This document shows, one piece after another, positions 45,290 to 54,645 of a stretch of 64,000 nt of DNA. Within the stretch, counting starts at the first letter, position 1; every line of letters begins with the position of its first letter. The notes beneath the pieces are model-generated. The model did no database searches, was not told the origin of the DNA, and saw only the letters and a program-made list of their open reading frames with translations. Source of the stretch: a virus; the IMG/VR virus record IMGVR_UViG_3300027708_000019. The stretch is one strand, 5' to 3'. The translations under genes and the position numbers were made by a program.

Positions 45290-46353
45290 ACGACCTCCGT
45301 ATTAACTGCTTCAGTATATAGTTCCTTCATATACTGTTTAATCTTTTCCTTATCCGAATCTGTTTGAATTGAATCAACATAATTCTCAAGTACAGACATG
45401 GTGTCTTCAAGATTAATGTCACCATCGATTGTTCCTTCTTCAAATTCGCTGAAGTTTTCAACAATCTTAATGTCCGCACAACCCTTATTATACAACTTCT
45501 GAGTAAATTGGTCAAATTTATAATAGTCTGTTTTGTTAACAACAATCAATTTTACAAATTTGCCTTTGAAGTCACATTCACTTAGATCAAGTGGTTCTGT
45601 TTCCTTGTCGTCGTATTCGACTCTGAAGAACATTCTATTTGGATTCTGTATGAATTCAAGTCCTCTTGTTGCAAGATCGAACAAGTGGAATCCTCGGGGA
45701 TCGTTATAGTCCTGCCATGTGAGTTCGTACGGATTTCCCAAATAATAGATATGATCATTAGAACTACGATGATGGTAATGCCCACTGAACACCATATCAA
45801 ACCTTTTAAACAAATCTTTAGAAAGTCCTTCATGCGATTCCATCCCTCTATGCATTGCAAAACCAGCAATTTCCAAATGTCCCATACATAAGGTTGCTGA
45901 TGTGTTGTTAATTTCGTCCATACTTTGTTGATAATTATCAGCACAAATCCATGGCAACATCAATACATCTGCTGACGTATCTTCATAGTTTAAATGAATC
46001 GTTTGTGGTGTATCAATAACAGTAATATTTTCATATTCACATAACAATAAGTCAGGTGAGTTTACATCATTTGTGTTTTTATAGTAAGTATCATGATTGC
46101 CAGCAAGCATGTATACATTGATGTTACGAGCAGCAAGTTTATCAAAGAACATTTCTTTTGCTCTTTGAAGTGAATAGAAGTTCACATATTTGCGTCGATC
46201 AAAAGTATCACCAAGAATAAGAACAGTGCTAATACCAGCTGCGTCGATATCAGGAAAGAAAGTATTGTCATAAAATTCCTGAAAGAAATCTAGAAATCCA
46301 ATACTATCATTGCGTGCACCAAAATGTTGGTCTGTAATAATTGCTACTTTCAT
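45286..46353 (-). CDS. 47: Recombination endonuclease subunit gp47 (Mre11/SbcD-like)
   Basis: TDQHFG, GDTFDRR, GNHD, SGHYH. Confidence 0.97.
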   Translation of the reverse strand: MKVAIITDQHFGARNDSIGFLDFFQEFYDNTFFPDIDAAGISTVLILGDTFDRRKYVNFYSLQRAKEMFFDKLAARNINVYMLAGNHDTYYKNTNDVNSPDLLLCEYENITVIDTPQTIHLNYEDTSADVLMLPWICADNYQQSMDEINNTSATLCMGHLEIAGFAMHRGMESHEGLSKDLFKRFDMVFSGHYHHRSSNDHIYYLGNPYELTWQDYNDPRGFHLFDLATRGLEFIQNPNRMFFRVEYDDKETEPLDLSECDFKGKFVKLIVVNKTDYYKFDQFTQKLYNKGCADIKIVENFSEFEEGTIDGDINLEDTMSVLENYVDSIQTDSDKEKIKQYMKELYTEAVNTEVV

Positions 46354-46550
46354 TAGCTGAAGTCCAAGTCTGCGTCAGGATATCCTTCGGGAATTTCTAT
46401 TTGTCCTTGTTCGACAACTCTATCTCCCACTCTTTTTGCGAATTCATCCGCATCTTGTTTTGATCTATAAAATTTAGATAGAATAGCACTTTCCGCAGAT
46501 GATTCTTGCGGACGAAATGTTACTTTATATAAGAATTTTGTTTCACTCAT
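46353..46550 (-). CDS. Hypothetical protein
   Basis: Coupled ORF. Confidence 0.55.
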   Translation of the reverse strand: MSETKFLYKVTFRPQESSAESAILSKFYRSKQDADEFAKRVGDRVVEQGQIEIPEGYPDADLDFS

Positions 46551-47103
46551 TACTGTCCTCTTCTAAAAATGTTTCAAGTGAATTTTTGGGTTTCTTTTTT
46601 GCTGCTTTCTTCACTGGCATATTATAATTGGCATCGTTATTGCTACGTAAATAATCCATCATCTGATTAGTATACTCACCACCTTCGTCTTGTTCTTGGA
46701 GTTCGAACATTTCGAATGGCATCTCCATAATCATTTTATTCTTGACGTATGTTTGTTTCTTTTCTTTTTGGATTTTTCGAATGAATGCATAGTAAATGAT
46801 TTGAGTAAAGTAAGCGAATGGGTTACTTGACTTTGTGGGATCAAAATTGTGGATGTACTGTAAACAGTTCTCAACACCATCGAGAATCATATCTTCTCGG
46901 TATGTATAATTGATGAAGTTTGCTTTATACGATAAATGTGTGGCTATCTTTAATAGACACTCACCTATGTACTCAGGTACTCTTGGTTTATCTTCGCCAG
47001 CTGCTTCTGCTTCGATTACAGATTCTCTATACTTTTTAATTGCTACTAGAAAATCAGCATTGCTTACATAATGTGCTTTGGCTTTGGGTATTGCTTCGGT
47101 CAT
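46543..47103 (-). CDS. 55: Late-transcription sigma factor gp55
   Basis: HYVSN, NFINYTYREDMI, NPFAYFTQI..YAF. Confidence 0.95.
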   Translation of the reverse strand: MTEAIPKAKAHYVSNADFLVAIKKYRESVIEAEAAGEDKPRVPEYIGECLLKIATHLSYKANFINYTYREDMILDGVENCLQYIHNFDPTKSSNPFAYFTQIIYYAFIRKIQKEKKQTYVKNKMIMEMPFEMFELQEQDEGGEYTNQMMDYLRSNNDANYNMPVKKAAKKKPKNSLETFLEEDSNE

Positions 47104-47130
47104 GATTCACTCCACTTACTATAATTATTC

Positions 47131-47159
47131 ATTATACCTCATAATCAATAAATTGTCAA
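47131..47159 (-). promoter_or_regulatory. Consensus sigma70 promoter for gp55
   Basis: TTGACA-17bp-TATAAT. Confidence 0.7.
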
Positions 47160-47165
47160 ATTTAT

Positions 47166-47636
47166 TTAATGTACTGTCTTATTTGGTGGTGTCCAAATGT
47201 GAGCATCAGAAACTGAAGTCTCTTCTTCAATTTCTTCCATTTTGTTTATAAGATTTTCGACACGTGTTTGTATGTCTTGTTTAAATTCATCTTGTTGATT
47301 CTCTTCTGGCGCAACCAATTCTTCTAAGTTATATGCCTTGAGCGCATCAACTTCTTCGTGTCTATTCAACATCTCAATATAATATGGAACAGCATGCTCA
47401 GACATTGGTTTGATGTATGTTAATTCGTGTTTCCAAAATGTAAAATGTTTGTCATCGCTGAATGGACAAAATATAGTTGTTGAGTGGATTTCGCGGAGAA
47501 TATTTTTTGCTATCGGAACATGTTGTGTTCTGATTGAAAGTGGGAACAATACATTGATTGTATCATCTGTTTCTGATTCTACTATGCACAGGAAACTTTC
47601 TCCTGTGTTCATACGGATAACTCTAAAATCTGTCAT
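47166..47636 (-). CDS. Conserved hypothetical protein between uvsW and 55
   Basis: IRMNTGE N-terminus, TVH C-terminus; synteny. Confidence 0.7.
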   Translation of the reverse strand: MTDFRVIRMNTGESFLCIVESETDDTINVLFPLSIRTQHVPIAKNILREIHSTTIFCPFSDDKHFTFWKHELTYIKPMSEHAVPYYIEMLNRHEEVDALKAYNLEELVAPEENQQDEFKQDIQTRVENLINKMEEIEEETSVSDAHIWTPPNKTVH

Positions 47637-49120
47637 AGGTCAATCTCTACAATCTTAGCTGAAAATTGTTCTTCTGAGTACAGTTTAACTCTCTCCAAAA
47701 AATGATTTAATGTATGATTCTTCCAAGATTTATATGTTAAGTCATCAGCAATGTCATATAGATTACAATGTGTTTTGCCTTCATTAAGTCTTAGACCACG
47801 ACCAATTGATTGTAGGTTACGTATCTTAGACTTACTTGGGCTTGCAAAAATAACATTCTCAATTGATGGCATGTTAATACCAGTAGAGAATGTACCATAT
47901 GAAGCAAACACTAACATATTACTATTCTTAGTAGCTTTATATCTAATTGCCTCACGTTCTGTTACTTTTACATCACCATGAACAATGTGTACTTCTAAAT
48001 CTTCAGAATCTTTACACATATCATAAAGCACTATACCATGTTTGTCCACATACTGAAATAAGACAAGTGTATTTCCTTTTAGGGATTTGGCAAGATTTAC
48101 TATGAAACGATTACGTTTGGAGTTGCTGACTAAAAAGTCCATCTCTTCTTGGTATAAATTATTCTTGCGCTTCTTTCTGGTGTCCTCATCATATTTCAGC
48201 AGTAGACATTTAATATTTAGTTCAGCGACTCTTCCTGACTTCATCAGTTCTTTTGTAGTTGTTACTTTAAACACTGGTCCAAACATACCTTCAAGCACTA
48301 GGCGATGTACTTGTTTACCATCAAGTGTTCCTGTGGTACCGATGCGATATGGGATATTTGTCATCTTTTCCATAACAGTTCCCAATGATTTTGCTTTAAA
48401 TTGATGCGCTTCGTCACCGAATACTACATTGAATTGTTCAAACCAAGCACGTGGTTGTTTATAAATTGATTGCCATGTTGTAATCAATACATCAGACGTA
48501 ATGTCTTTAGTGAAACCACTGTATAATTTCTGACAGTATCTATCAACTGGCCACTGGTTAACATATGAGTAGTCTTCAAAATCTTTATACATTTGTTCAA
48601 CAAGTGATGTTGTTGGTACGATAAGAATACATTTCTTACCAGTACCTACGTAATGTCTCATCAGCGTATAGATTATTAGGGATTTACCTGATGCGGTAGG
48701 AGAGAGCAACATAGCACGATGTTCATTCATGCATTTTTGTATTGCGTCTAATTGATAGTCACGAATCTCGATTGATTCGCCACGTGCTGTTAGTTCTAAA
48801 CTATCAGCAAACTCTTCAACATTTTCATATGTAAAATTGCCTACTGGTAGTTTTTTGTATGTATCATTTTTAGCATCAAGGAATTGATAACCATTGCGAT
48901 TAGCAAATTCTCTAACATAACTATACAATCCTGCGTATAATGTTTTACGATGGATATCATATAATCTTATCTTCCCATCCCATAAACGTGCTTTATATGC
49001 TGGCATAAACTTAGCACCTGGAACTTCGAATGTAAAAAAGTTTGCCAGTTCTTGTTCTATTCCTGCATCTGAAAACACACGGATATATACATCATCAACT
49101 TGTTCTACGTATATCTTCAT
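47633..49120 (-). CDS. uvsW: UvsW SF2 helicase
   Basis: SPTASGKS, DEAH, GTTGT, QSIGRGLR. Confidence 0.96.
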   Translation of the reverse strand: MKIYVEQVDDVYIRVFSDAGIEQELANFFTFEVPGAKFMPAYKARLWDGKIRLYDIHRKTLYAGLYSYVREFANRNGYQFLDAKNDTYKKLPVGNFTYENVEEFADSLELTARGESIEIRDYQLDAIQKCMNEHRAMLLSPTASGKSLIIYTLMRHYVGTGKKCILIVPTTSLVEQMYKDFEDYSYVNQWPVDRYCQKLYSGFTKDITSDVLITTWQSIYKQPRAWFEQFNVVFGDEAHQFKAKSLGTVMEKMTNIPYRIGTTGTLDGKQVHRLVLEGMFGPVFKVTTTKELMKSGRVAELNIKCLLLKYDEDTRKKRKNNLYQEEMDFLVSNSKRNRFIVNLAKSLKGNTLVLFQYVDKHGIVLYDMCKDSEDLEVHIVHGDVKVTEREAIRYKATKNSNMLVFASYGTFSTGINMPSIENVIFASPSKSKIRNLQSIGRGLRLNEGKTHCNLYDIADDLTYKSWKNHTLNHFLERVKLYSEEQFSAKIVEIDL

Positions 49121-49557
49121 TACATTCCAACTAAAAATTCTTTCCATTGAATGCTATTTCTAATTTGCCAATCACGTTGTTTGATTGCATTTAGAACTGA
49201 CTCAAGAAACATAACAACAGTATTCAAGTATTCAACTTTCTGTTGCATTTGAACAAGGTCGGTGTCGCCTTCTAAAAATTCTTCCATCTCATTCTTTAAT
49301 GGTTTTAGTCCTTGCCATTGTAACCAACCAAGATCTTCTAACTCTTGACGACTCAACTCACCACGATAGTAGCGAAACTTATTCTTGCGAAGAATATTAT
49401 AGTCGCCTTTGAGTTTACTCAATTTTAGTTTATAAGTTACAAGATACTGAATATACTCTGCGTGAAGATTTGGTGTATATGTTGATGCTTCACCAAGATG
49501 ATCATCATCAATCGAACAGTCATCTTCCCATTTCTTCATCAATTGCTCAAGATTCAT
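49120..49557 (-). CDS. uvsY: UvsY recombination mediator
   Basis: W..D..ID, PNLHAEY, YYRG, R.WQIRNSI.W; synteny. Confidence 0.9.
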   Translation of the reverse strand: MNLEQLMKKWEDDCSIDDDHLGEASTYTPNLHAEYIQYLVTYKLKLSKLKGDYNILRKNKFRYYRGELSRQELEDLGWLQWQGLKPLKNEMEEFLEGDTDLVQMQQKVEYLNTVVMFLESVLNAIKQRDWQIRNSIQWKEFLVGM

Positions 49558-49574
49558 AACAACTCCAATTTTAA

Positions 49575-50174
49575 TTATGCAAATTCGTAATACGTATACT
49601 TAAATGTAGCATTTCCAATCAAATATGTAACATCAGTATCAACACCTGTGAATGTCAATGTGTCTAGCGATGTCGGAAATACGTTCCTGAAGTTTAATAG
49701 TATATTCTCACTGTTATTATTTGTCAAAATAAAAAGCGAAGCATCTGAATAGTTCTTCGATAAATCATTTCGATCTGTTATGCCACTGACTGTGTCTTGT
49801 GTAACACCTGTTGGGAATGCTGATGTTGGAAAAGATTGATCAATCTTTTGAAAGTTTACATATTGTTGATAATTTTGTGGAAATCCAAGACCATACATCC
49901 ATCCTTGAATTGCTTTAAAATTTTCCATGTTTTTATCAATCAAAAACTGTACTTGTAAATCAGAAAAGGTAAGGGTGTCGCCAGGAAGTGGAATTGCTGA
50001 GAATGGTGTTCCGAACGATGGTTCACCAAGCACGATGCCTGGAAGATTTACTGTTTGGCAGTAAAATTGTAATTTTGGTAGTTTTTGAATACCGAATCGA
50101 AAACCAGTGGGCGACAGTGGATTGATGTTGTCTGGTATTTTGGTTTTCCATTCTGCTGCTACTTGGATAGTCAT
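49575..50174 (-). CDS. 3: Tail tube terminator gp3
   Basis: LSPTGF, VNLPG, GDTLTF, FPTSL, ATFKYTYY; synteny. Confidence 0.85.
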   Translation of the reverse strand: MTIQVAAEWKTKIPDNINPLSPTGFRFGIQKLPKLQFYCQTVNLPGIVLGEPSFGTPFSAIPLPGDTLTFSDLQVQFLIDKNMENFKAIQGWMYGLGFPQNYQQYVNFQKIDQSFPTSAFPTGVTQDTVSGITDRNDLSKNYSDASLFILTNNNSENILLNFRNVFPTSLDTLTFTGVDTDVTYLIGNATFKYTYYEFA

Positions 50175-50199
50175 TTATGTATCTCCTGAGATAATCCAC

Positions 50200-50207
50200 T
50201 ATTTATA
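50200..50207 (-). promoter_or_regulatory. Late promoter TATAAATA
   Basis: Exact consensus upstream of gp3. Confidence 0.75.
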
Positions 50208-50211
50208 TGTG

Positions 50212-50239
50212 AAAAAAAAGGGCACCGAAGTGCCCTTTT
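50212..50239 (-). terminator. Rho-independent terminator after gp23
   Basis: AAAGGGCAC-UUCG-GUGCCCUUUUUUUU. Confidence 0.9.
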
Positions 50240-50268
50240 AAGTACTGATCTTACGTCAGCTTCATCAA

Positions 50269-51624
50269 TTATAGTACGTTCTGTACACGTACACGGCGAT
50301 AGTATACGTTGTTGTTAGAACCAATTGAAGATGCTAATGTAGTACCTGTTGCGAATGGGTTAGCAGCCATACCGTAACGTGTCTTGAAACCAATTTTAGG
50401 TTGGAAGGTGTTAGGGTCAACAGCACGAACCATTTGTAGAGGTACGTATGGGCAGTAGAATACACCAGCGTCAAACGCTGAAGCACCTTTGTAACCAACT
50501 ACATAGAATTGGTCGTTTGCGCCACCATTAGATGCATATGGATCGATATAAACTTTATAACGACCATTCAATACGCCAGCGAAAGTATTACCTGTGTCAT
50601 CAACAGTTAGGTTAGTTGATAGAGCAGGAGCGTAGTCAAGAACACCAGCCATTGCTAATGCAGATGCAACATCTGAAGAGCAAAGGATGAAGTTACCTTT
50701 TCCACGACGTGTTTCTTGAGCGATTACGTTAGCATCACGTTCGATTTGGAACAATAGACCTTTGAATTTCTCAACAGACCAACGACCATTAGAGTCAGTA
50801 TCCAAGTCAAAAATACCAGCTGTTGTAACTGTACCACTGTTAGCACCAGACTTAGCTGTGTAATAGATTGTACGGATAACTTCACGATTGATTTCGGCAA
50901 GAATTTCTGTTGAAAGAATATTGCTTAGTTCGCTTTCAGCGTCAAGACCATGAACTGATTTCAAGTCTTGTGCTAATTCGATTGAGTATTCAGCCTTTAG
51001 AGCACGTGACTTAGCAGTAACGCTTGTCTTCTCGATTGAGAATGCCATTTGGTTGAATGTTGTAGAACCAGGACCTGGATCAGAAGCAGGTGAAGCACCT
51101 GTTTGTGAAGATGTATAACCACCTTCAGCCTGAGCTGTAGTCATACCACCTGGAGCATTAACTGAACTAAACCAGTTAGAACCAGAGATAGTTGATTCGT
51201 TAGTGTTAGCACCTAAGTCACCACCAGAGAACTCAGCGTCAGCTTCGTTGTATAGTGCCTCAGTACCACCTTGTGTTGAATAACGTGACTTCATCGCGAA
51301 GATTAAGCCAGTTGGACCAGTCATCGGTTGAACACCGCAAATGTCATAAGCGATCATTTGTGGAGCAGCACGACGTACTAGGTTGATAAGAATTGGGTCA
51401 TACTTAGCAACACCACCAGTGTCTGGGTTTGTTGATGAGCCGTTGTAGTTAGACATTGTTGGAGCTGTCTCAAACAATGCGCTACGCTCTTCGCGTAATG
51501 CCTTTTCTTGGTTTTCTAAAAGAACTGCAGTAACTTCTTTACGGTACTGGTCTTTGATTTCTGGCGCAGATTCGTGTTCTAGAATCGGTGCCCATTTTTT
51601 TACGAGATCTTCTCTTAACATCAT
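50269..51624 (-). CDS. 23: Major capsid protein gp23
   Basis: KWAPILEH, GVQPMTGPTGLIFA, ELAQDLK, QPKIGFKTRYG. Confidence 0.98.
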   Translation of the reverse strand: MMLREDLVKKWAPILEHESAPEIKDQYRKEVTAVLLENQEKALREERSALFETAPTMSNYNGSSTNPDTGGVAKYDPILINLVRRAAPQMIAYDICGVQPMTGPTGLIFAMKSRYSTQGGTEALYNEADAEFSGGDLGANTNESTISGSNWFSSVNAPGGMTTAQAEGGYTSSQTGASPASDPGPGSTTFNQMAFSIEKTSVTAKSRALKAEYSIELAQDLKSVHGLDAESELSNILSTEILAEINREVIRTIYYTAKSGANSGTVTTAGIFDLDTDSNGRWSVEKFKGLLFQIERDANVIAQETRRGKGNFILCSSDVASALAMAGVLDYAPALSTNLTVDDTGNTFAGVLNGRYKVYIDPYASNGGANDQFYVVGYKGASAFDAGVFYCPYVPLQMVRAVDPNTFQPKIGFKTRYGMAANPFATGTTLASSIGSNNNVYYRRVRVQNVL

Positions 51625-51652
51625 TGTAGTTTCTCCTGAAAGGGTTTTGGTT

Positions 51653-52726
51653 TTATCTTAGTTTCTTAATTGCTGAAGCATAATGAGCCACTGATTCATT
51701 AATCATCTGCTCATCAGTTGACACTTGAGTATCAACATCTTTAGCCACAGGGGATGACTTCTTGAAATATGATTCACGAATCAACTGTAGTTTACCTTGT
51801 AGGGTATCAGCATCTTCGCTAACAATTTCAGCTGCCAAACCTTTGAATTTCTCTGCTTCTGTGTCAGTTAAACCTTCACATAAGCCAGAAACGATTTCTG
51901 CTCGCTTCATTTCTGCAATTTGCTTGCTCATTTCAATATTTGCATTTACGGAATCATTCAATTTGCTGCCTAATTCACTGACTTGTTCTTCAAGTGATCC
52001 TAGAACATCATACTTCTCTGCTGGGACATCGACGTAGTGCTCTTCGAATACTCTCTTGATACCATCAATGAAAGATTCTGCAAGTTCAGCTTTAATTCCG
52101 CTTTCGAGGGCAAGTTCATTCTGTTTCATCCACTGCTCGGTAATATAACCGAGATATCCATCAACCTTTTCAACGAGTTCCTCTTTAATTTTCACAAACT
52201 CTTCTACGAGTTGTGCATCATACTGCTCTTGGATTTTAACAAGTTCAGTTTTGATTCTTGACGTAACAGCTGCTTCAAAAATAGTAGCTGCTTTTTCTTT
52301 AAATTCTTCTGATAGGTCTTCACCATCAACCAATGCTGCAACATCTTCAGCCATGCCATGAGAAACACCACCTGGAGTGATATCAATTTTAGCACCTGCT
52401 GCTTTGTATTGACCAGCAACTGGATCTTTTACACTTGGTTGTGGCTCAGAGCCAGCACCACCTTGACCAGATCTAGATGTATCTTTAGATGTTCCTGGAG
52501 CTGGAGGTGCAAAGTTGTTGTTACGATCATTGTCGTCATTATCACCATCAACATTAGCATCAGAAGATACCTGTTTGTTTGATTTTTCTTTGATTGTTGC
52601 TTTAGCAGATGTGTTGTTAGAACCTTCTGATGCTTCACCATCTGGATCTTGACCATTAATGGCTTTTAATTCCTGAAGTTTTTGCGATTCAGCTAACAAT
52701 TCTGCGATTTTTCTTTCAATTGACAT
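51653..52726 (-). CDS. 22: Prohead core scaffold gp22
   Basis: LSEEFKEKAATIFEAAV, KVDGYL; synteny. Confidence 0.93.
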   Translation of the reverse strand: MSIERKIAELLAESQKLQELKAINGQDPDGEASEGSNNTSAKATIKEKSNKQVSSDANVDGDNDDNDRNNNFAPPAPGTSKDTSRSGQGGAGSEPQPSVKDPVAGQYKAAGAKIDITPGGVSHGMAEDVAALVDGEDLSEEFKEKAATIFEAAVTSRIKTELVKIQEQYDAQLVEEFVKIKEELVEKVDGYLGYITEQWMKQNELALESGIKAELAESFIDGIKRVFEEHYVDVPAEKYDVLGSLEEQVSELGSKLNDSVNANIEMSKQIAEMKRAEIVSGLCEGLTDTEAEKFKGLAAEIVSEDADTLQGKLQLIRESYFKKSSPVAKDVDTQVSTDEQMINESVAHYASAIKKLR

Positions 52727-52777
52727 TCTAGTCTCCTGTTTTTAAGTAGGTTATGTCCGATTAGTTTCGATAAAGTC

Positions 52778-52785
52778 TATTTATA
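52778..52785 (-). promoter_or_regulatory. Late promoter TATAAATA
   Basis: Exact consensus upstream of gp22. Confidence 0.75.
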
Positions 52786-52789
52786 ATTT

Positions 52790-53440
52790 TCAAAGTTTAG
52801 ATAAAAACTTCTGAAATTCAATAATAGATTGTTCTTTAAGTCTTCTAGAAGGAGTGTTTCGGATAGTTCTTTTTGCTTCTTCTATGTTTCTTTGCACATA
52901 TTTTCCATCAACATATACCCACTCTACGTTTTCCATAATGCCACGAACGAAGGCATCTGGAGCACTTGGGTCGGCGACGATATCAGCTGCAGTTGATAAC
53001 ATAAAGTCATCCTGAACAATCTGAACACCTTCGTTGTTTGCTTTTAGAGATCCAAGCGCACGGCTTGAAACACCAAGATTTGCGCCACCATCAAGTAATC
53101 CTCTTGCGATCATACCCATTGGTGTCTCTAAAATTTTGGCTCTACCAATCCAGTTTGTTCCTTCTTTCTTTAAAGAAGTAATCATGTGTGAAACACGATC
53201 TAGATTGATTGTTGGTGTATCAGGATGTCCCAATTCACCATAAGCACGATTCTTTTCAACATACTCTTTGATGTAACGATTAACTTCATTATCCATTGTT
53301 TTCTCTGGATACATACGACCATTACGATTCTTGAGTTCTGATTGAAGGTACACACCTTCAATGTAATATTGTTTACCCTTACCTAGTTTTTCTTCAACTA
53401 TGTAACTTGTTTGTTCGAAAACTTCTCTAATTAGTTTCAT
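52790..53440 (-). CDS. 21: Prohead protease gp21
   Basis: NRNGRMY, GELGHP, GVSSRALGS, DIVADPSAPDAF. Confidence 0.97.
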   Translation of the reverse strand: MKLIREVFEQTSYIVEEKLGKGKQYYIEGVYLQSELKNRNGRMYPEKTMDNEVNRYIKEYVEKNRAYGELGHPDTPTINLDRVSHMITSLKKEGTNWIGRAKILETPMGMIARGLLDGGANLGVSSRALGSLKANNEGVQIVQDDFMLSTAADIVADPSAPDAFVRGIMENVEWVYVDGKYVQRNIEEAKRTIRNTPSRRLKEQSIIEFQKFLSKL

Positions 53441-53442
53441 GA

Positions 53443-53871
53443 TTAACTTCCTACAGCAGCTGGGTTATCACCACCACCAAATTGAGCAGTCTCAATTTTA
53501 GGTGAGTATCCAGTTTGTTTACGTAGTTTGAGAATTAGAGTTGCTTCAGCACCAGAAACAGTAACTACGATATCAGAAGTGTTGTTTTGCGTTTGCGCAA
53601 ACCCTTGTCCTTGAAAATCAAACGTACCACTGTTTTCTGGTGCGAATGTCATTTGGTTAACAGAGTTACGAGTAACAGTAATTGCTGATGTTAGTAAACC
53701 AGAAACCATATAACCAGTAATATCAACAGTTGGTGTACCACCAGAAGTAAGTGACTGCGAGGAAGCAAGCAAGTCTGTGTTTAGACTGATGGTCGCTGAA
53801 GCAGCAGTACCACTAACTTGGACAATAGTCTCTAAGTTAGTATTTCTTAAAATTGTTTTTGTAACAGCCAT
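53443..53871 (-). CDS. Virion-associated hypothetical protein
   Basis: Lies in the head operon. Confidence 0.6.
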   Translation of the reverse strand: MAVTKTILRNTNLETIVQVSGTAASATISLNTDLLASSQSLTSGGTPTVDITGYMVSGLLTSAITVTRNSVNQMTFAPENSGTFDFQGQGFAQTQNNTSDIVVTVSGAEATLILKLRKQTGYSPKIETAQFGGGDNPAAVGS

Positions 53872-53874
53872 TTG

Positions 53875-54441
53875 TTATCCTTGTAATTGTCTGACTACTG
53901 ACACAAAATTATCTCTACTTTCTGTCATATAATCAATAATCTCTTGTTTATCATTACAATTATTTAGCAATTCACTGATCTTTTGCATCGTTTGTTCACC
54001 GATAGCAACTTGTTTACCATCATTTAATTTAAAATCTAATTTTGTATCAAAAATATTGGCAGTTTTATAAGAATTTCTCATCTCCAACAAAACTGGATCA
54101 ATAGTAAAAACCTTAGAGGAAGCAAGAGTCATGTAGTTTTCAATAAGTTTGGTCGTAATTTTAGTATCTTCGTTATATTTTTTGATAGTCGATGCAATCT
54201 TAGTTTCTGATATGTCTTCGTATAGTCTTATCTTCGTCTTGCTTGCTGTCTCTTGTAAATCAATATAATCTCTTACTTCCTCTAAACTTTCTAACCTTAC
54301 CTCTAACTGAATACCATCAACAAAATATTCACCTTTATCATTTTCCACAATTTTGTGGTTGTAATGTGAAGCAACGGAAACTACGTTGCCGTAGTTCCCT
54401 TGTGAACTGTATAGTTTGCTAACAAACTCATTCAGTTTCAT
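53875..54441 (-). CDS. Putative prohead core protein
   Basis: Between gp20 and gp21. Confidence 0.5.
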   Translation of the reverse strand: MKLNEFVSKLYSSQGNYGNVVSVASHYNHKIVENDKGEYFVDGIQLEVRLESLEEVRDYIDLQETASKTKIRLYEDISETKIASTIKKYNEDTKITTKLIENYMTLASSKVFTIDPVLLEMRNSYKTANIFDTKLDFKLNDGKQVAIGEQTMQKISELLNNCNDKQEIIDYMTESRDNFVSVVRQLQG

Positions 54442-54643
54442 CTGCCTGTTCCTCTGTTGCTAATTCTTCTACTTCAAGATCTTCTTCTGCAACAGGATTA
54501 AAATATGTGTTAGCAACTTCTTGACGATATGTATCAATTCTATCTGCTACTCTAGTAACCATCAAATCATTGAATGTTGCCTCAGATCCTACTGGGTTTT
54601 CATCAATAATTGTATCAATCAGTTCGCGAATTTTGTCATCCAT
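54428..54643 (-). CDS. Small acidic prohead core protein (gp67-like)
   Basis: Directly after the portal gene; acidic tail. Confidence 0.55.
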   Translation of the reverse strand: MDDKIRELIDTIIDENPVGSEATFNDLMVTRVADRIDTYRQEVANTYFNPVAEEDLEVEELATEEQADETE

Positions 54644-54645
54644 AA

